Below are positions 53,094 through 62,262 of a DNA stretch of 64,000 nucleotides, in pieces. The translations under genes and the position numbers were made by a program. Source of the stretch: an uncultured Phascolarctobacterium sp. (GTDB lineage Bacteria; Bacillota; Negativicutes; Acidaminococcales; Acidaminococcaceae); contig CAJKLD010000002.1 of NCBI GenBank assembly GCA_905200645.1, positions 24,917 through 88,916 of the forward strand. The letters are read 5' to 3'. Under the pieces are notes generated by a model, which made no database searches, was not told the DNA's origin, and saw only the letters and a program-made list of their open reading frames with translations. Positions within the stretch are counted from its first letter, which is position 1. Every line of letters starts with the position of its first letter.

Positions 53094-53993
53094 TCAATAC
53101 TCTGTATTATTATAAACATCCCAGGTTTTCAGCTTACTAAGGCTCTGCGCGCCGGCTTCTACCTGACGCAGCAAGCGTTCCTTATCGCGGGGCAGCGTTC
53201 CCGCCAGCTGCACATAATTAGATACATGATTGCTGCGGAACAGGCAATGCTTATCCGCAGGCAAATTTATATTTTCCAACATTAAATGCAGTTCCTGCAT
53301 TAAGCCTGCCGGAGACAAGGGATTGAACTTGCCCTCCTCAAACTGCTCCAACAGCTCGCTGCCGCGATAGAGCATTAAGCACAAAGCGCTTAAATGCGTA
53401 GGCTGAATAATGTTGATGGCTTTTGCCGTAGCCAAAGCGTGACGGGCGCTGCCCTCCACACCGGCCAAGCCTAAAATAACCATTAACGAAAGCTTCATGC
53501 CGCTGGCAGTTACGCGACGGCCAGCTTCAATAGCTTCTTCGGCGTTAACGCCTTTATTAACGGCTTTCAGCGTAATATCGTCGCCTGTTTCCATGCCGTA
53601 ATACAAAAGCTGGAGTCCCGCTTCCTTTAATTGGCGCAGCTCCTCCTCGCTTTTACGCAGAATATCCTTGGGCGCAGCATAGCTGGCAACTCTTTGCAGC
53701 TTCGGAAACTGCTCGCGCAAGGCCTGCAAAATTTTCAGCAGCTTCGCCGTAGGCAGCACAAGCGCGTCGCCGTCTGCTAAAAAGACACGGCGCACCTTAT
53801 CCTTGCCGTAATAAGCCGCCATAGCAATTTGACGGGAAATTTCCTCGTCCTTTAATATTTGAAAGGGAACGCCTCTATACATATTGCAATAGGTGCATTT
53901 ATTATGGGCGCAGCCCCTGGTTACACGTAAAATAAAACTGCGTGCCTCGCTGGGAGGACGAAATACTGGTGTGTCATAAGAATCAAAAAACAT
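53094..53993 (-). CDS. radical SAM protein, function unknown
   Basis: 299 aa. CxxxCxxC motif at the N-terminus (CAHNKCTYC). No SPASM or TRAM domain. Subfamily not recognised. Confidence 0.6.
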   Translation of the reverse strand: MFFDSYDTPVFRPPSEARSFILRVTRGCAHNKCTYCNMYRGVPFQILKDEEISRQIAMAAYYGKDKVRRVFLADGDALVLPTAKLLKILQALREQFPKLQRVASYAAPKDILRKSEEELRQLKEAGLQLLYYGMETGDDITLKAVNKGVNAEEAIEAGRRVTASGMKLSLMVILGLAGVEGSARHALATAKAINIIQPTHLSALCLMLYRGSELLEQFEEGKFNPLSPAGLMQELHLMLENINLPADKHCLFRSNHVSNYVQLAGTLPRDKERLLRQVEAGAQSLSKLKTWDVYNNTEY

Positions 53994-54340
53994 AGTTACC
54001 TCACTTCAAAAAAATCAAAATTCAAAACAAAAAATACATAGCGCCAGTATTTATAGCCAAAGCAGGCAGCGTCGCGACCGGCTGTAATTCCTGTTTGGCG
54101 AATAGTGTTAACAATAAAACACTTTTAATTATATTATAACCGATTTTCGCCTTTTTGTAACGTCTATATGAAAACTTTTTGTAATTTTTTTACAAAGTTT
54201 TGCGTAAAAATGGCAAGAGTGTAAAAGCAAACAGAAAAATTTCCGCTAACTTTATTGCTTACAAAAAAAAATCATACAAATGCCTTTTTTCGCGTTATAA
54301 TGCTATAATAGAAAAAGAAAATTACATCCGAGGTTAAATC

Positions 54341-55039
54341 ATGCAGATAAAAAGCTCTAAACTTTTTTCAGCAATACTGTTGCTACTAGCAGCAGTATTG
54401 CTTAGCGGTTGTCAAACAAACACAGATAAAGCCGGTGAGGAAAATACTGTTCAACCAACAAATCACAGTATTAAAGCTCCCGCCGCAGGCAAAATTATCG
54501 GCCTGATTGCGGAACCGGGCGAGCGTATCAGCCAAGGCCAGCCGCTTTTTGCCATCAGCGACGAAAATTTAGACCAGCAGGTAAAAAATTTACAGACGCA
54601 GCTGGCTAAAGCCGAAGCCGAGCGCAAACGCATGGAGCAAGGCACGGTGAATGCCGCTCCCGCAGGCGACATCCAAGCAGCGCAGGCCAAGGTTGCCATA
54701 GCGCAGCAAAAAGCGGCTAAACTGAATCAACTGCTGGCGCAGGGAGCAGTTTCCCGCAATCAAGCGCAGGCTGCGCAAGCAGAGTTAGCGCAGGCTACAG
54801 CCCAAATGCAGGCCGCCGCGCAAATAGCGGTCAGCTCACAGCCTGCCAGTCCGGAAGCAAAAGCAGCGCAGGCAAAAATAATTGCACGGCTCAAAGAGCA
54901 ATTAGCACAGGCGCAAGCTTTACAGCAGGCTAACGAAGCAATCAGCCCCTGCACCGGCATCATCACCGAAGTCAAAGCCGCCAACAATACAACAGTGACG
55001 TCAAGCCAGGAAATTATTATTATAAAGGAAGAAAAGTAA
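54341..55039 (+). CDS. lipoprotein with biotin/lipoyl-like (HlyD-type) domain and Ala/Gln-rich coiled coil
   Basis: Lipobox LLSGC. The segment IKAPAAGKIIGLIAEPGERISQGQPLFAISD, then a long AQ-rich helical region. Confidence 0.55.
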   Translation: MQIKSSKLFSAILLLLAAVLLSGCQTNTDKAGEENTVQPTNHSIKAPAAGKIIGLIAEPGERISQGQPLFAISDENLDQQVKNLQTQLAKAEAERKRMEQGTVNAAPAGDIQAAQAKVAIAQQKAAKLNQLLAQGAVSRNQAQAAQAELAQATAQMQAAAQIAVSSQPASPEAKAAQAKIIARLKEQLAQAQALQQANEAISPCTGIITEVKAANNTTVTSSQEIIIIKEEK

Positions 55040-55052
55040 AGGAGCACCAGCC

Positions 55053-55766
55053 ATGCCAGACCAATTTTCCCGCACAGCGCGTTTAATCGGACAAGAAGCC
55101 ATAAAAAAATTACAGGCCAGCCGCGTAGCCATTTTCGGTATCGGCGGCGTAGGCGGCTACACGGCAGAAGCGCTCGCCCGCAGCGGCGTAGGCAGCTTTG
55201 ACCTTATTGATAACGATACCGTAGCGCTTAGCAATTTAAACCGCCAGATTATCGCCACGCATGCCACCCTTGGCCTACCTAAAGTGCAGGTTATGACAGA
55301 GCGTATTCACAACATCAATCCAAAAGCAAAGGTGCAGCCGCATCAGTGCTTTTTCTTACCGGAAAATGCTCATGAATTTGATTTCAGCCAATATGACTAC
55401 GTAGTAGATGCCGTAGATACGGTTGCCGCTAAAATTACCATTATTTTAGCGGCACAGGCAGCCGGAACGCCTGTTATCAGCAGTATGGGTGCAGGCAATA
55501 AAATGGAGCCTGCCAAATTTCAGGTAGCCGACATTTATAAAACCAGCGTCGACCCTTTAGCGCGTGTTATGCGTCAGGAATTAAAAAAACGCGGCGTTAA
55601 AAAGCTGAAAGTAGTTTATTCCACCGAGCAGCCCTTAATTCCTTTAGAAGAAGCAGATGAAGCGTCAGCCAAACGCGCACTTCCCGGCAGTACCGCGTTT
55701 ACGCCCTCCGTTGCCGGTCTTATTCTTGCTGCCGAGGTAGTGAAAGATTTGATAGGCTGGCAGTAA
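55053..55766 (+). CDS. tcdA: tRNA threonylcarbamoyladenosine dehydratase (ThiF/MoeB-type E1-like)
   Basis: Collinear with E. coli TcdA/CsdL. Nucleotide-binding GIGGVGG and LIDNDTVALSNLNRQ. Confidence 0.85.
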   Translation: MPDQFSRTARLIGQEAIKKLQASRVAIFGIGGVGGYTAEALARSGVGSFDLIDNDTVALSNLNRQIIATHATLGLPKVQVMTERIHNINPKAKVQPHQCFFLPENAHEFDFSQYDYVVDAVDTVAAKITIILAAQAAGTPVISSMGAGNKMEPAKFQVADIYKTSVDPLARVMRQELKKRGVKKLKVVYSTEQPLIPLEEADEASAKRALPGSTAFTPSVAGLILAAEVVKDLIGWQ

Positions 55767-55815
55767 CATATTTTTACTGCTGCAAAGCAGTCGGCACTAA
55801 ACAATAAATCATATA

Positions 55816-55858
55816 ACAAAAACGTCCTTGACCCCATGGCCAAGGACGTTTTACTTTG
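55816..55858. terminator. bidirectional intrinsic terminator
   Basis: Hairpin AACGTCCTTG-accccatggc-CAAGGACGTT followed by a T-rich run, with an A-run upstream. Confidence 0.7.
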
Positions 55859-55864
55859 TTTAAA

Positions 55865-55933
55865 TTATTCAAATATGCACATAACAGTCAACGCGAATAA
55901 AAATACTAAGCTAACACCTACAGCGCTAAACAT
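55865..55933 (-). CDS. putative 22-aa hydrophobic small protein
   Basis: The ORF reads MFSAVGVSLVFLFALTVMCIFE, with RBS GGAGGTG 8 nt upstream of the ATG. It ends at the bidirectional terminator. Not in the ORF track because it is shorter than 60 aa. Confidence 0.4.
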   Translation of the reverse strand: MFSAVGVSLVFLFALTVMCIFE

Positions 55934-56137
55934 AGTGTATTCACCTCCAACCTTTGCCCTTTATCTTACTTAGACTTTGCAGTCTTGCTGTATTTCTTAC
56001 TACGCCTTTATTATACCACCTTTTTGTATTTTGTATACAGTATTCTCAAGATTTTTTTGAAAATTTATGTTATCTTTTGTGAATTTAAAAAGACATTTGT
56101 ATATCATGTCTGCTAATCCTATTATAAGCAACCAGAA

Positions 56138-56166
56138 TTGTTAAAGAATGTACTTTTATCTATAAT
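56138..56166 (+). promoter_or_regulatory. putative sigma-70-type promoter of porin gene 1
   Basis: TTGTTA-N17-TATAAT. The same hexamers and the flanking AGAATTGTTAAA recur upstream of porin gene 2. Confidence 0.5.
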
Positions 56167-56339
56167 ACAAATAAGTTATTTTATTTTTTTAGGGGTATAA
56201 ATCACCTTCAAGGTAAGCAGCAGGCTGTTATTAAACAGCAGAGGAAACATGGCAACTCTTGCAGGCTTTAATCGCAGTTTAGAGCAGTCCTTAAGGTGTT
56301 TTATAAAATATATTATATTCCTTAAGGGGGAAAAGAAAA

Positions 56340-57554
56340 ATGAAAAAATCCTTAGTATTAGCAATGGCTATGGCTCTTGGCGTAACTGCCAGCGCTTATG
56401 CTGCAAATCCGTTCTCTGATGTTCCTGCCGGCCACTGGGCATATGACAGCATTTCCAAATTGGCTGCTGCCGGCGTAATCGAAGGCTATGGCGACGCTAC
56501 CTTCGGCGGCGACAAACTGATGACCCGTTATGAAATGGCTCAAATCGTTGCCAAAGCAATGGCAAAAGGCGCTAACGTTGACAAGCTGGCTGCTGAATTC
56601 GCTGACGAACTGGATAACCTGGGCGTTCGCGTAGCTAACCTGGAGAAAAAAGCTGACAACGTAAAAATCACCGGTCAGGTTCGTGCTCGTTACCAATCCC
56701 ATGATATTAAAGGTATAGACGCAGCAGACCTTCGTACCCGTTTGTGGATTACTGGTCAAATCAATGATGACTGGACCGCTACTGCAATGCTGCAAAATCA
56801 ACAAAACTTCTTAGATAGCAACGCTGGTGAAGAAGATACTGAACTTAAACGTGTTTATGTTGATGGTCGCGTAGGCGGTTTGGCAGTTCATGCTGGTCGT
56901 TGGGACGAAGTAACCGCCACCGGTTCCATTTTAGATTCTTACATTGACGGTGTTAAAGTTTCCTATGGCGATAAAGTAAAAGTCTGGGGTATTGCAGCCA
57001 AAGCTGGCGGTAACGATGCGGTAGATGGCGGCTTATTTGAAGAATCCAATGACCGTCTGTATGTTGCCGGTTTAGAAGCACAAGTTGGCGTTGTAAACGG
57101 TTATTTCAATTACTTCAAAGCTAGTGGCGTAGATGCTACTTATGGTGCTGAAGCAGATGGCAACAAAGAAGTTTACAATGTTGGTTTAAGCTTTGACGTA
57201 GCTAAAGATTTGAACCTGGCATACGAATATATGTGGGGCGACAAAAAATACAACAAGGAAGTATCTAAAGACGGTTTTGTAGCTACCTTGGCTTACAAAG
57301 GCGCTGACGCTGCTACTCCGGGTTCCTATGGTCTGCATGTAACTTATTATGATCAACCGATCAATGCTATTCTTACTCCGACCTATGACGCTACCATGTT
57401 CCTTGACAAAGGCGGTTACAAAGGCTTCAACGTAGGCGCTGATTATGCACTGGCTAAAAACATTACCTTGGCTGTTAACTACTACGACACCGAAGCTAAG
57501 GTTGGCAGCGAAGACGATCAATCCATCTTCACCGAGCTGTTCTTCCAATTCTAA
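56340..57554 (+). CDS. SLH-domain outer-membrane porin (OmpM/Mep45-like)
   Basis: Signal peptide, N-terminal S-layer-homology domain (FSDVPAGHWAYDSISKLAAAGVIEGYGDATF), beta-barrel with C-terminal F. This family is characteristic of Negativicutes. Confidence 0.9.
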   Translation: MKKSLVLAMAMALGVTASAYAANPFSDVPAGHWAYDSISKLAAAGVIEGYGDATFGGDKLMTRYEMAQIVAKAMAKGANVDKLAAEFADELDNLGVRVANLEKKADNVKITGQVRARYQSHDIKGIDAADLRTRLWITGQINDDWTATAMLQNQQNFLDSNAGEEDTELKRVYVDGRVGGLAVHAGRWDEVTATGSILDSYIDGVKVSYGDKVKVWGIAAKAGGNDAVDGGLFEESNDRLYVAGLEAQVGVVNGYFNYFKASGVDATYGAEADGNKEVYNVGLSFDVAKDLNLAYEYMWGDKKYNKEVSKDGFVATLAYKGADAATPGSYGLHVTYYDQPINAILTPTYDATMFLDKGGYKGFNVGADYALAKNITLAVNYYDTEAKVGSEDDQSIFTELFFQF

Positions 57555-57579
57555 TTTAATAAGTAAATATTTACTTACC

Positions 57580-57619
57580 AACAACATCGAGGCTCAACTC
57601 CTCGATGTTGTTTTATTTT
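57580..57619 (+). terminator. intrinsic terminator of porin gene 1
   Basis: Hairpin AACAACATCGAGG-ctcaact-CCTCGATGTTGTT followed by a T-run. Confidence 0.8.
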
Positions 57620-57826
57620 GCAGGCAAACTTTGTGAACTTGACAAAGCATCGCACATTATATTGACTCGTGAAAGCTGAAAACTCTCAACGAATAATAAT
57701 TATTGATTATATTGAAAATACGCAAATTATAGTATATACTATGGTTGGTAGGTTGCACAAAGCTTTATTTTTGTAAGACTTTGGCTTTGAAAGGGATTTT
57801 TTTATTAAATATTGGAGGAAAGAAAT

Positions 57827-59227
57827 ATGTCCAAGCATGAATTTACCAGCATCCGCGTCCCCATTGCAAAAGATAATCCGTCCATTCAGCGCCTAGAATT
57901 TAAATGTATCAAATGCGGCGCCTGCAAAATGGTCTGCACTAACGACATCGGCGTGTGCGGCACTTACGATTTAGCTAAAACCAACGACGTGCCTGTATGT
58001 ATCTACTGCGGCCAGTGCGCCAATGTATGTCCGGTAGATTCCATTACAGAAAAAATTGAAGCGTATGAGGTTTTAGAAGCCATTAACGATCCGGAAAAAA
58101 TTGTTATTGTCAATACTTCTCCTTCCGTGCGCGCTGCTTTAGGCGAAGAATTCGGCATGGCTGACGGCAGCTTTGTTGAGGGCAAAATGGTTGCACTTCT
58201 GCGTAAATTAGGCGTAGATTATGTTTTAGATACTTCCTTTGCGGCAGATTTGACTATTGTGGAAGAAGCAAGCGAGCTGATTGAGCGTATTACCACAGGC
58301 AAGCTGCCCTTGCCGCAGTTCACCAGCTGTTGCCCTGCCTGGGTAAAATTTGCAGAAATTTATTATCCTGAAATGCTGCCCCATATTTCTACGGCTAAAA
58401 GTCCTATTGGTATGCAGGGGCCTACTGTAAAAACCTATTTTGCGAAAAAAATGGGGATTGACCCCACTAAAATTGTCAATGTAGCGCTCACTCCCTGCAC
58501 AGCTAAAAAATTTGAAATTCGTCGCGAAGAAATGTGCGCCGCAGGCAAATATTTAGGTATCGAAGGACTGCGTGACATGGATCACGTTATCACTACCCGC
58601 GAGCTGGCTATGCTGGCAAAGGATGCCAATATTGATTTTGCCGCTTTAGAGGATTCTCCTTATGATAAGCTGATGGGTGAAGCTACCGGCGCGGCAAAAA
58701 TTTTTGGCAACACCGGCGGCGTTATGGAAGCAGCCATTCGTACTGCTTATGCCTATATCACCAAAGAACCCGTGCCTGCAGATTTGCTCAACCTAGAGCC
58801 TGTACGCGGCTTGGACGGCATTAAAGAAGCTACTGTTAAAATTAAGGATTTGGAAGTTAAGGTCGCAGTTGTTTATGGTACCGCTAACGCCCGCAAGCTG
58901 ATTGAAAAAATTAAGGCAGGTAAAGCAAATTATCATTTCGTTGAGGTTATGACCTGCCCCGGCGGCTGCATTGGCGGCGGCGGACAGCCTAAAGACAGAG
59001 AATATAAGGGCGACGCTTTACGCGCTAAACGCATTGCTAGTCTGTATAATAATGATAAGGAAATGCGCGTGCGTCTAAGCCACGAAAACCAAGAGCTTAT
59101 AGAATTATACAAAGAATTTTATGGCAAGCCCTTAAGTGAGCTGGCAGAAAAAATGCTGCACACCGGCTATCACGATTGCAGCGAGCTGTTAGGCGGAGGC
59201 AATATCTCTGCTGATTTCAAATTATAA
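57827..59227 (+). CDS. hydA: monomeric [FeFe] hydrogenase (two ferredoxin-like 4Fe-4S clusters plus H-cluster domain plus C-terminal small-subunit-like domain)
   Basis: H-cluster motifs TSCCPAW (L1), TPCTAKK (L2), EVMTCPGGCIGGGGQP (L3). N-terminal CIKCGACKMVC and CIYCGQCANVCP. RBS GGAGG sits 8 nt before ATG 57827. The ORF-track start 57812 is a TTG. Confidence 0.9.
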   Translation: MSKHEFTSIRVPIAKDNPSIQRLEFKCIKCGACKMVCTNDIGVCGTYDLAKTNDVPVCIYCGQCANVCPVDSITEKIEAYEVLEAINDPEKIVIVNTSPSVRAALGEEFGMADGSFVEGKMVALLRKLGVDYVLDTSFAADLTIVEEASELIERITTGKLPLPQFTSCCPAWVKFAEIYYPEMLPHISTAKSPIGMQGPTVKTYFAKKMGIDPTKIVNVALTPCTAKKFEIRREEMCAAGKYLGIEGLRDMDHVITTRELAMLAKDANIDFAALEDSPYDKLMGEATGAAKIFGNTGGVMEAAIRTAYAYITKEPVPADLLNLEPVRGLDGIKEATVKIKDLEVKVAVVYGTANARKLIEKIKAGKANYHFVEVMTCPGGCIGGGGQPKDREYKGDALRAKRIASLYNNDKEMRVRLSHENQELIELYKEFYGKPLSELAEKMLHTGYHDCSELLGGGNISADFKL

Positions 59228-59303
59228 AAAGCAAGTAACCCTTAATCTCTGCTCTTGCAAGAGATTAAGGGTTATGCTATAATGAACAAATAAAATTGCA
59301 TAC

Positions 59304-59378
59304 GCGGGTATAGTTCAGTGGTAGAACAATAGCTTCCCAAGCTATGTGTCGCGAGTTCGAATCTCGTTACCCGCTCCA
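59304..59378 (+). tRNA. tRNA-Gly (anticodon CCC)
   Basis: GCGGGTATAGTTCAGTGGTAGAACAATAGCTTCCCAAGCTATGTGTCGCGAGTTCGAATCTCGTTACCCGCTCCA. 7-bp acceptor stem, anticodon loop TTCCCAA, T-loop TTCGAAT, encoded CCA. Confidence 0.9.
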
Positions 59379-59387
59379 GCGTAATCC

Positions 59388-59425
59388 CCGCCTCTAGAGT
59401 TAATCTGGAGGCTTTCTTTATTTTT
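59388..59425 (+). terminator. intrinsic terminator after tRNA-Gly
   Basis: Hairpin GCCTCTAGAG...TCTGGAGGC followed by TTTCTTTATTTTT. Confidence 0.6.
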
Positions 59426-59613
59426 GGCTATAGTTAGAATAATACAACGCACAATAAAATAGCAATGCGAACTTTTTTCACATTACAAATAAGGCAGTTT
59501 CGTTATAAGTTTTTCTAATTTTTAGCTGCATTTTTTCTAATTTGTTATTAGCCAAAGTAAGGTTTACAATAAGTATAACTAAACTAAAAGTAAAATATAA
59601 AGGTGGTTTTGTT

Positions 59614-60519
59614 ATGCTTCTGCGCCAAATGAAATATTTTTTAGCGGTTGCCGATTGCAAAAGCTTTAGCGAAGCGGCGGTACAGTGCTTTATATCCCAA
59701 TCCGCTATTTCCCAGCAGATTAAAATTTTAGAGGACGAATTAGAAATTGAATTGATTCAGCGCAGCAACCGTCGCTTTCAATTAACGCCTGCCGGAGAAT
59801 ATTTTTATCTTAAAAGCAAAAAAATCGTACAGGAGGCCAACGCCCTCAAGCTGGCGCTCAAGCAGATAAAACAGCACGAGCAGGGAGTTTTTCGTCTTGG
59901 CTGCCTTAACGGTTATCAGTTAGAAACTATCTGCACAGCTATTAACGAAATTTTAGCAGCACATCCCGATTTTAATATCGCCATTTTTTGGGGAGAGCAT
60001 GATGAGCTGCTGGCAAAGCTACAGCAAAAAGAGCTGGATTTAATAATATGTGATGTGCGCGCTGATGATAATACAGAAGCACTAGAAAAATGCTTCTTAG
60101 CCGAAGAACCTATCTTAGCCGCCATTTCCACTCGTTCGCCACTGGCAAAGCAGCCGGCCATTGATATTCAACAGCTGGAAGACTTGGAATGTGTGCTTTT
60201 GCTTCCGCCTAAAGCACGCGAAAAAGAGGAGCAGCACTACCAGAAATTGTTGAAATTTTGCGGCAAATACTTTTACCCCCCCCGGATCTCTACAGCCATT
60301 TCGCATATAATTAACAGTCCGGCATTTTTACCCTTGCTTTACAGGGCAGCCAATATTACCGCATACAGCAGCTTTATCAAAGCGCTGCCGCTGCAAGCAG
60401 AAAACGCGGTGCTTACCAACCAATATAACGCTTTTTGGCAGGCAGAAACCAAAGCTACCGAGCAAACAAAAATCCGCCGGCTTATTTTAAGCAAATTACA
60501 AGAAAAAATTTCTTCATAA
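59614..60519 (+). CDS. LysR-family transcriptional regulator
   Basis: N-terminal HTH LRQMKYFLAVADCKSFSEAA...SQSAISQQIKILE. RBS AAAGGTGG precedes ATG 59614. The ORF-track start 59542 is a TTG extension. Confidence 0.85.
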   Translation: MLLRQMKYFLAVADCKSFSEAAVQCFISQSAISQQIKILEDELEIELIQRSNRRFQLTPAGEYFYLKSKKIVQEANALKLALKQIKQHEQGVFRLGCLNGYQLETICTAINEILAAHPDFNIAIFWGEHDELLAKLQQKELDLIICDVRADDNTEALEKCFLAEEPILAAISTRSPLAKQPAIDIQQLEDLECVLLLPPKAREKEEQHYQKLLKFCGKYFYPPRISTAISHIINSPAFLPLLYRAANITAYSSFIKALPLQAENAVLTNQYNAFWQAETKATEQTKIRRLILSKLQEKISS

Positions 60520-60660
60520 AATTTACTGTCTCGTTTTTTTACGAGGCAGTTTTTTGTTACAAAGCTAAAAAAACAAAACTGCAGCATAAAGCTATTGTAA
60601 CAAAATTCATCTGCCGCGCCGTAACATAATATGTACTTATTTCAGTATAAGCAATTAGAA

Positions 60661-60689
60661 TTGTTAAAAACTTTGCACTATTCTATAAT
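60661..60689 (+). promoter_or_regulatory. putative sigma-70-type promoter of porin gene 2
   Basis: TTGTTA-N17-TATAAT within AATTAGAATTGTTAAAAA, paralleling the promoter of porin gene 1. Confidence 0.5.
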
Positions 60690-60960
60690 GAAGCTATGAA
60701 AAAAGAGGAGATGAAGCAAGGATTTACCTCAGGGGTGGGGTTTTAAAGCTTCGTCAGCGAGTACCCTCTTTTTTACGCGGGGTTTGGGCTTGCCTATTCC
60801 AAGCCCTGCAACACACGTTATAAATCACTGTAAGGCGATACAGCTTCTACTAAAACAAGCAGAGGAAACAAGGCAACTCTTGCAGGCGTTTCAGTACCTA
60901 GCCAAATCTCCTGAAGGTGTTTTATAAAATATAACACTTTTTCCAAAGGAGGAAAAAACA

Positions 60961-62175
60961 ATGAAAAAATCTTTAGTATTAGCAATGGCTATGGCTCTTG
61001 GCGTAACTGCTAGCGCTTATGCTGCAAATCCGTTCTCTGATGTTCCTGCTGGTCACTGGGCTTATGACAGCATCTCCAAACTGGCTGCTGCCGGCGTAAT
61101 CGAAGGCTATGGCGACGCTACTTTCGGCGGCGACAAACTGATGACCCGTTATGAAATGGCTCAAATCGTTGCAAAAGCAATGGCAAAAGGCGCTAACGTT
61201 GACAAACTGGCTGCTGAATTCGCTGACGAACTGGATAACCTGGGCGTTCGCGTAGCTAACCTGGAGAAAAAAGCTGACAACGTAAAAATTACCGGTGAAA
61301 CTCGTCTGCGTTACTGGGATTATGACGGAGACAACAGCGACGGTAGCAAAACCCAACTGCGTACCCGTATTTGGATTAAAGGCCAAATCAACGAAGACTG
61401 GTCCGCAACCGCTATGTTAGAAAACATTCAAAAAATCGCTGGCGAAGACACCAAATCTGGCGAAGAAGACACCAACTTCCAACGTGCTTATGTAAACGGC
61501 CGTATCGGCGGTTTAGCAGTTCAAGCCGGTCGTTATCAATTCACCGACTTCAACGAAGCTATGATTTACGATGACCGTATGGACGGCGTTCAAGTTTCCT
61601 ATGGCAAAGACGTTAAATTAGTTGCTGGCTTCGGCAAAGGTTCTGACCAAAACAAAAAAGATGCCAAATATGCAAACAATGCAGAAGATATGTACTATGC
61701 ACAATTAGGCGCTAAACTGGGCGTAGTTGACGCTAAAGTTGGTTATTACAAATTTGAAGACCAAGCAGTTCTGAAAGATGACAACGAAATTTGGACTGTT
61801 GGCGCAGCTTTGAATGTTGCTAAAGATTTGAAATTGAGCGGCACCTATTACATGTCCGATTATGACACTAATGACGTTGATGATGACGGCTTCATCATTG
61901 GTCTGAAATACAAAGGCGCTAAAGCTGCCAAAGCTGGCACTTGGGGTCTGTGGGCTAACTACTATGACATGGCAAGAGGAACTTATGTAGCTCCTACTTT
62001 TGAAGCTGACTATGATTTCGGTCTGAAGTCTGAAGGCTTCAAAGGCTATGGCGTAGGCGCTGATTACACCTTCGCTAAGAACATTGTTGGTCAAGTTAAA
62101 TGGTATGATTTGGAAGGTAAAGAAGGCGACAAGGACGAAAGCACCCTGTACGCTCAAGTTAACTTCGCATTCTAA
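60961..62175 (+). CDS. SLH-domain outer-membrane porin paralog (OmpM-like)
   Basis: The first roughly 107 aa are identical to porin 1 at protein level and about 96% at DNA level. The barrel region is divergent, with a C-terminal NFAF. Confidence 0.9.
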   Translation: MKKSLVLAMAMALGVTASAYAANPFSDVPAGHWAYDSISKLAAAGVIEGYGDATFGGDKLMTRYEMAQIVAKAMAKGANVDKLAAEFADELDNLGVRVANLEKKADNVKITGETRLRYWDYDGDNSDGSKTQLRTRIWIKGQINEDWSATAMLENIQKIAGEDTKSGEEDTNFQRAYVNGRIGGLAVQAGRYQFTDFNEAMIYDDRMDGVQVSYGKDVKLVAGFGKGSDQNKKDAKYANNAEDMYYAQLGAKLGVVDAKVGYYKFEDQAVLKDDNEIWTVGAALNVAKDLKLSGTYYMSDYDTNDVDDDGFIIGLKYKGAKAAKAGTWGLWANYYDMARGTYVAPTFEADYDFGLKSEGFKGYGVGADYTFAKNIVGQVKWYDLEGKEGDKDESTLYAQVNFAF

Positions 62176-62202
62176 GATTAGCTTGCTATAAGTTAATAAC
62201 TA

Positions 62203-62232
62203 AACAGGACAGCAGCCGCTGTCCTGTTTTTT
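62203..62232 (+). terminator. intrinsic terminator of porin gene 2
   Basis: Hairpin AACAGGACAGC-agcc-GCTGTCCTGTT followed by TTTTTT. Confidence 0.8.
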
Positions 62233-62262
62233 ATAAGATGGCTTTACGCCATGGAGGTTACT

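Noticed and set aside
57812-57826. TTG-initiated N-terminal extension of hydA (MEERN...)
   Set aside because: The GGAGG RBS sits inside this extension at ideal spacing for ATG 57827, so the shorter ATG-initiated product is preferred.
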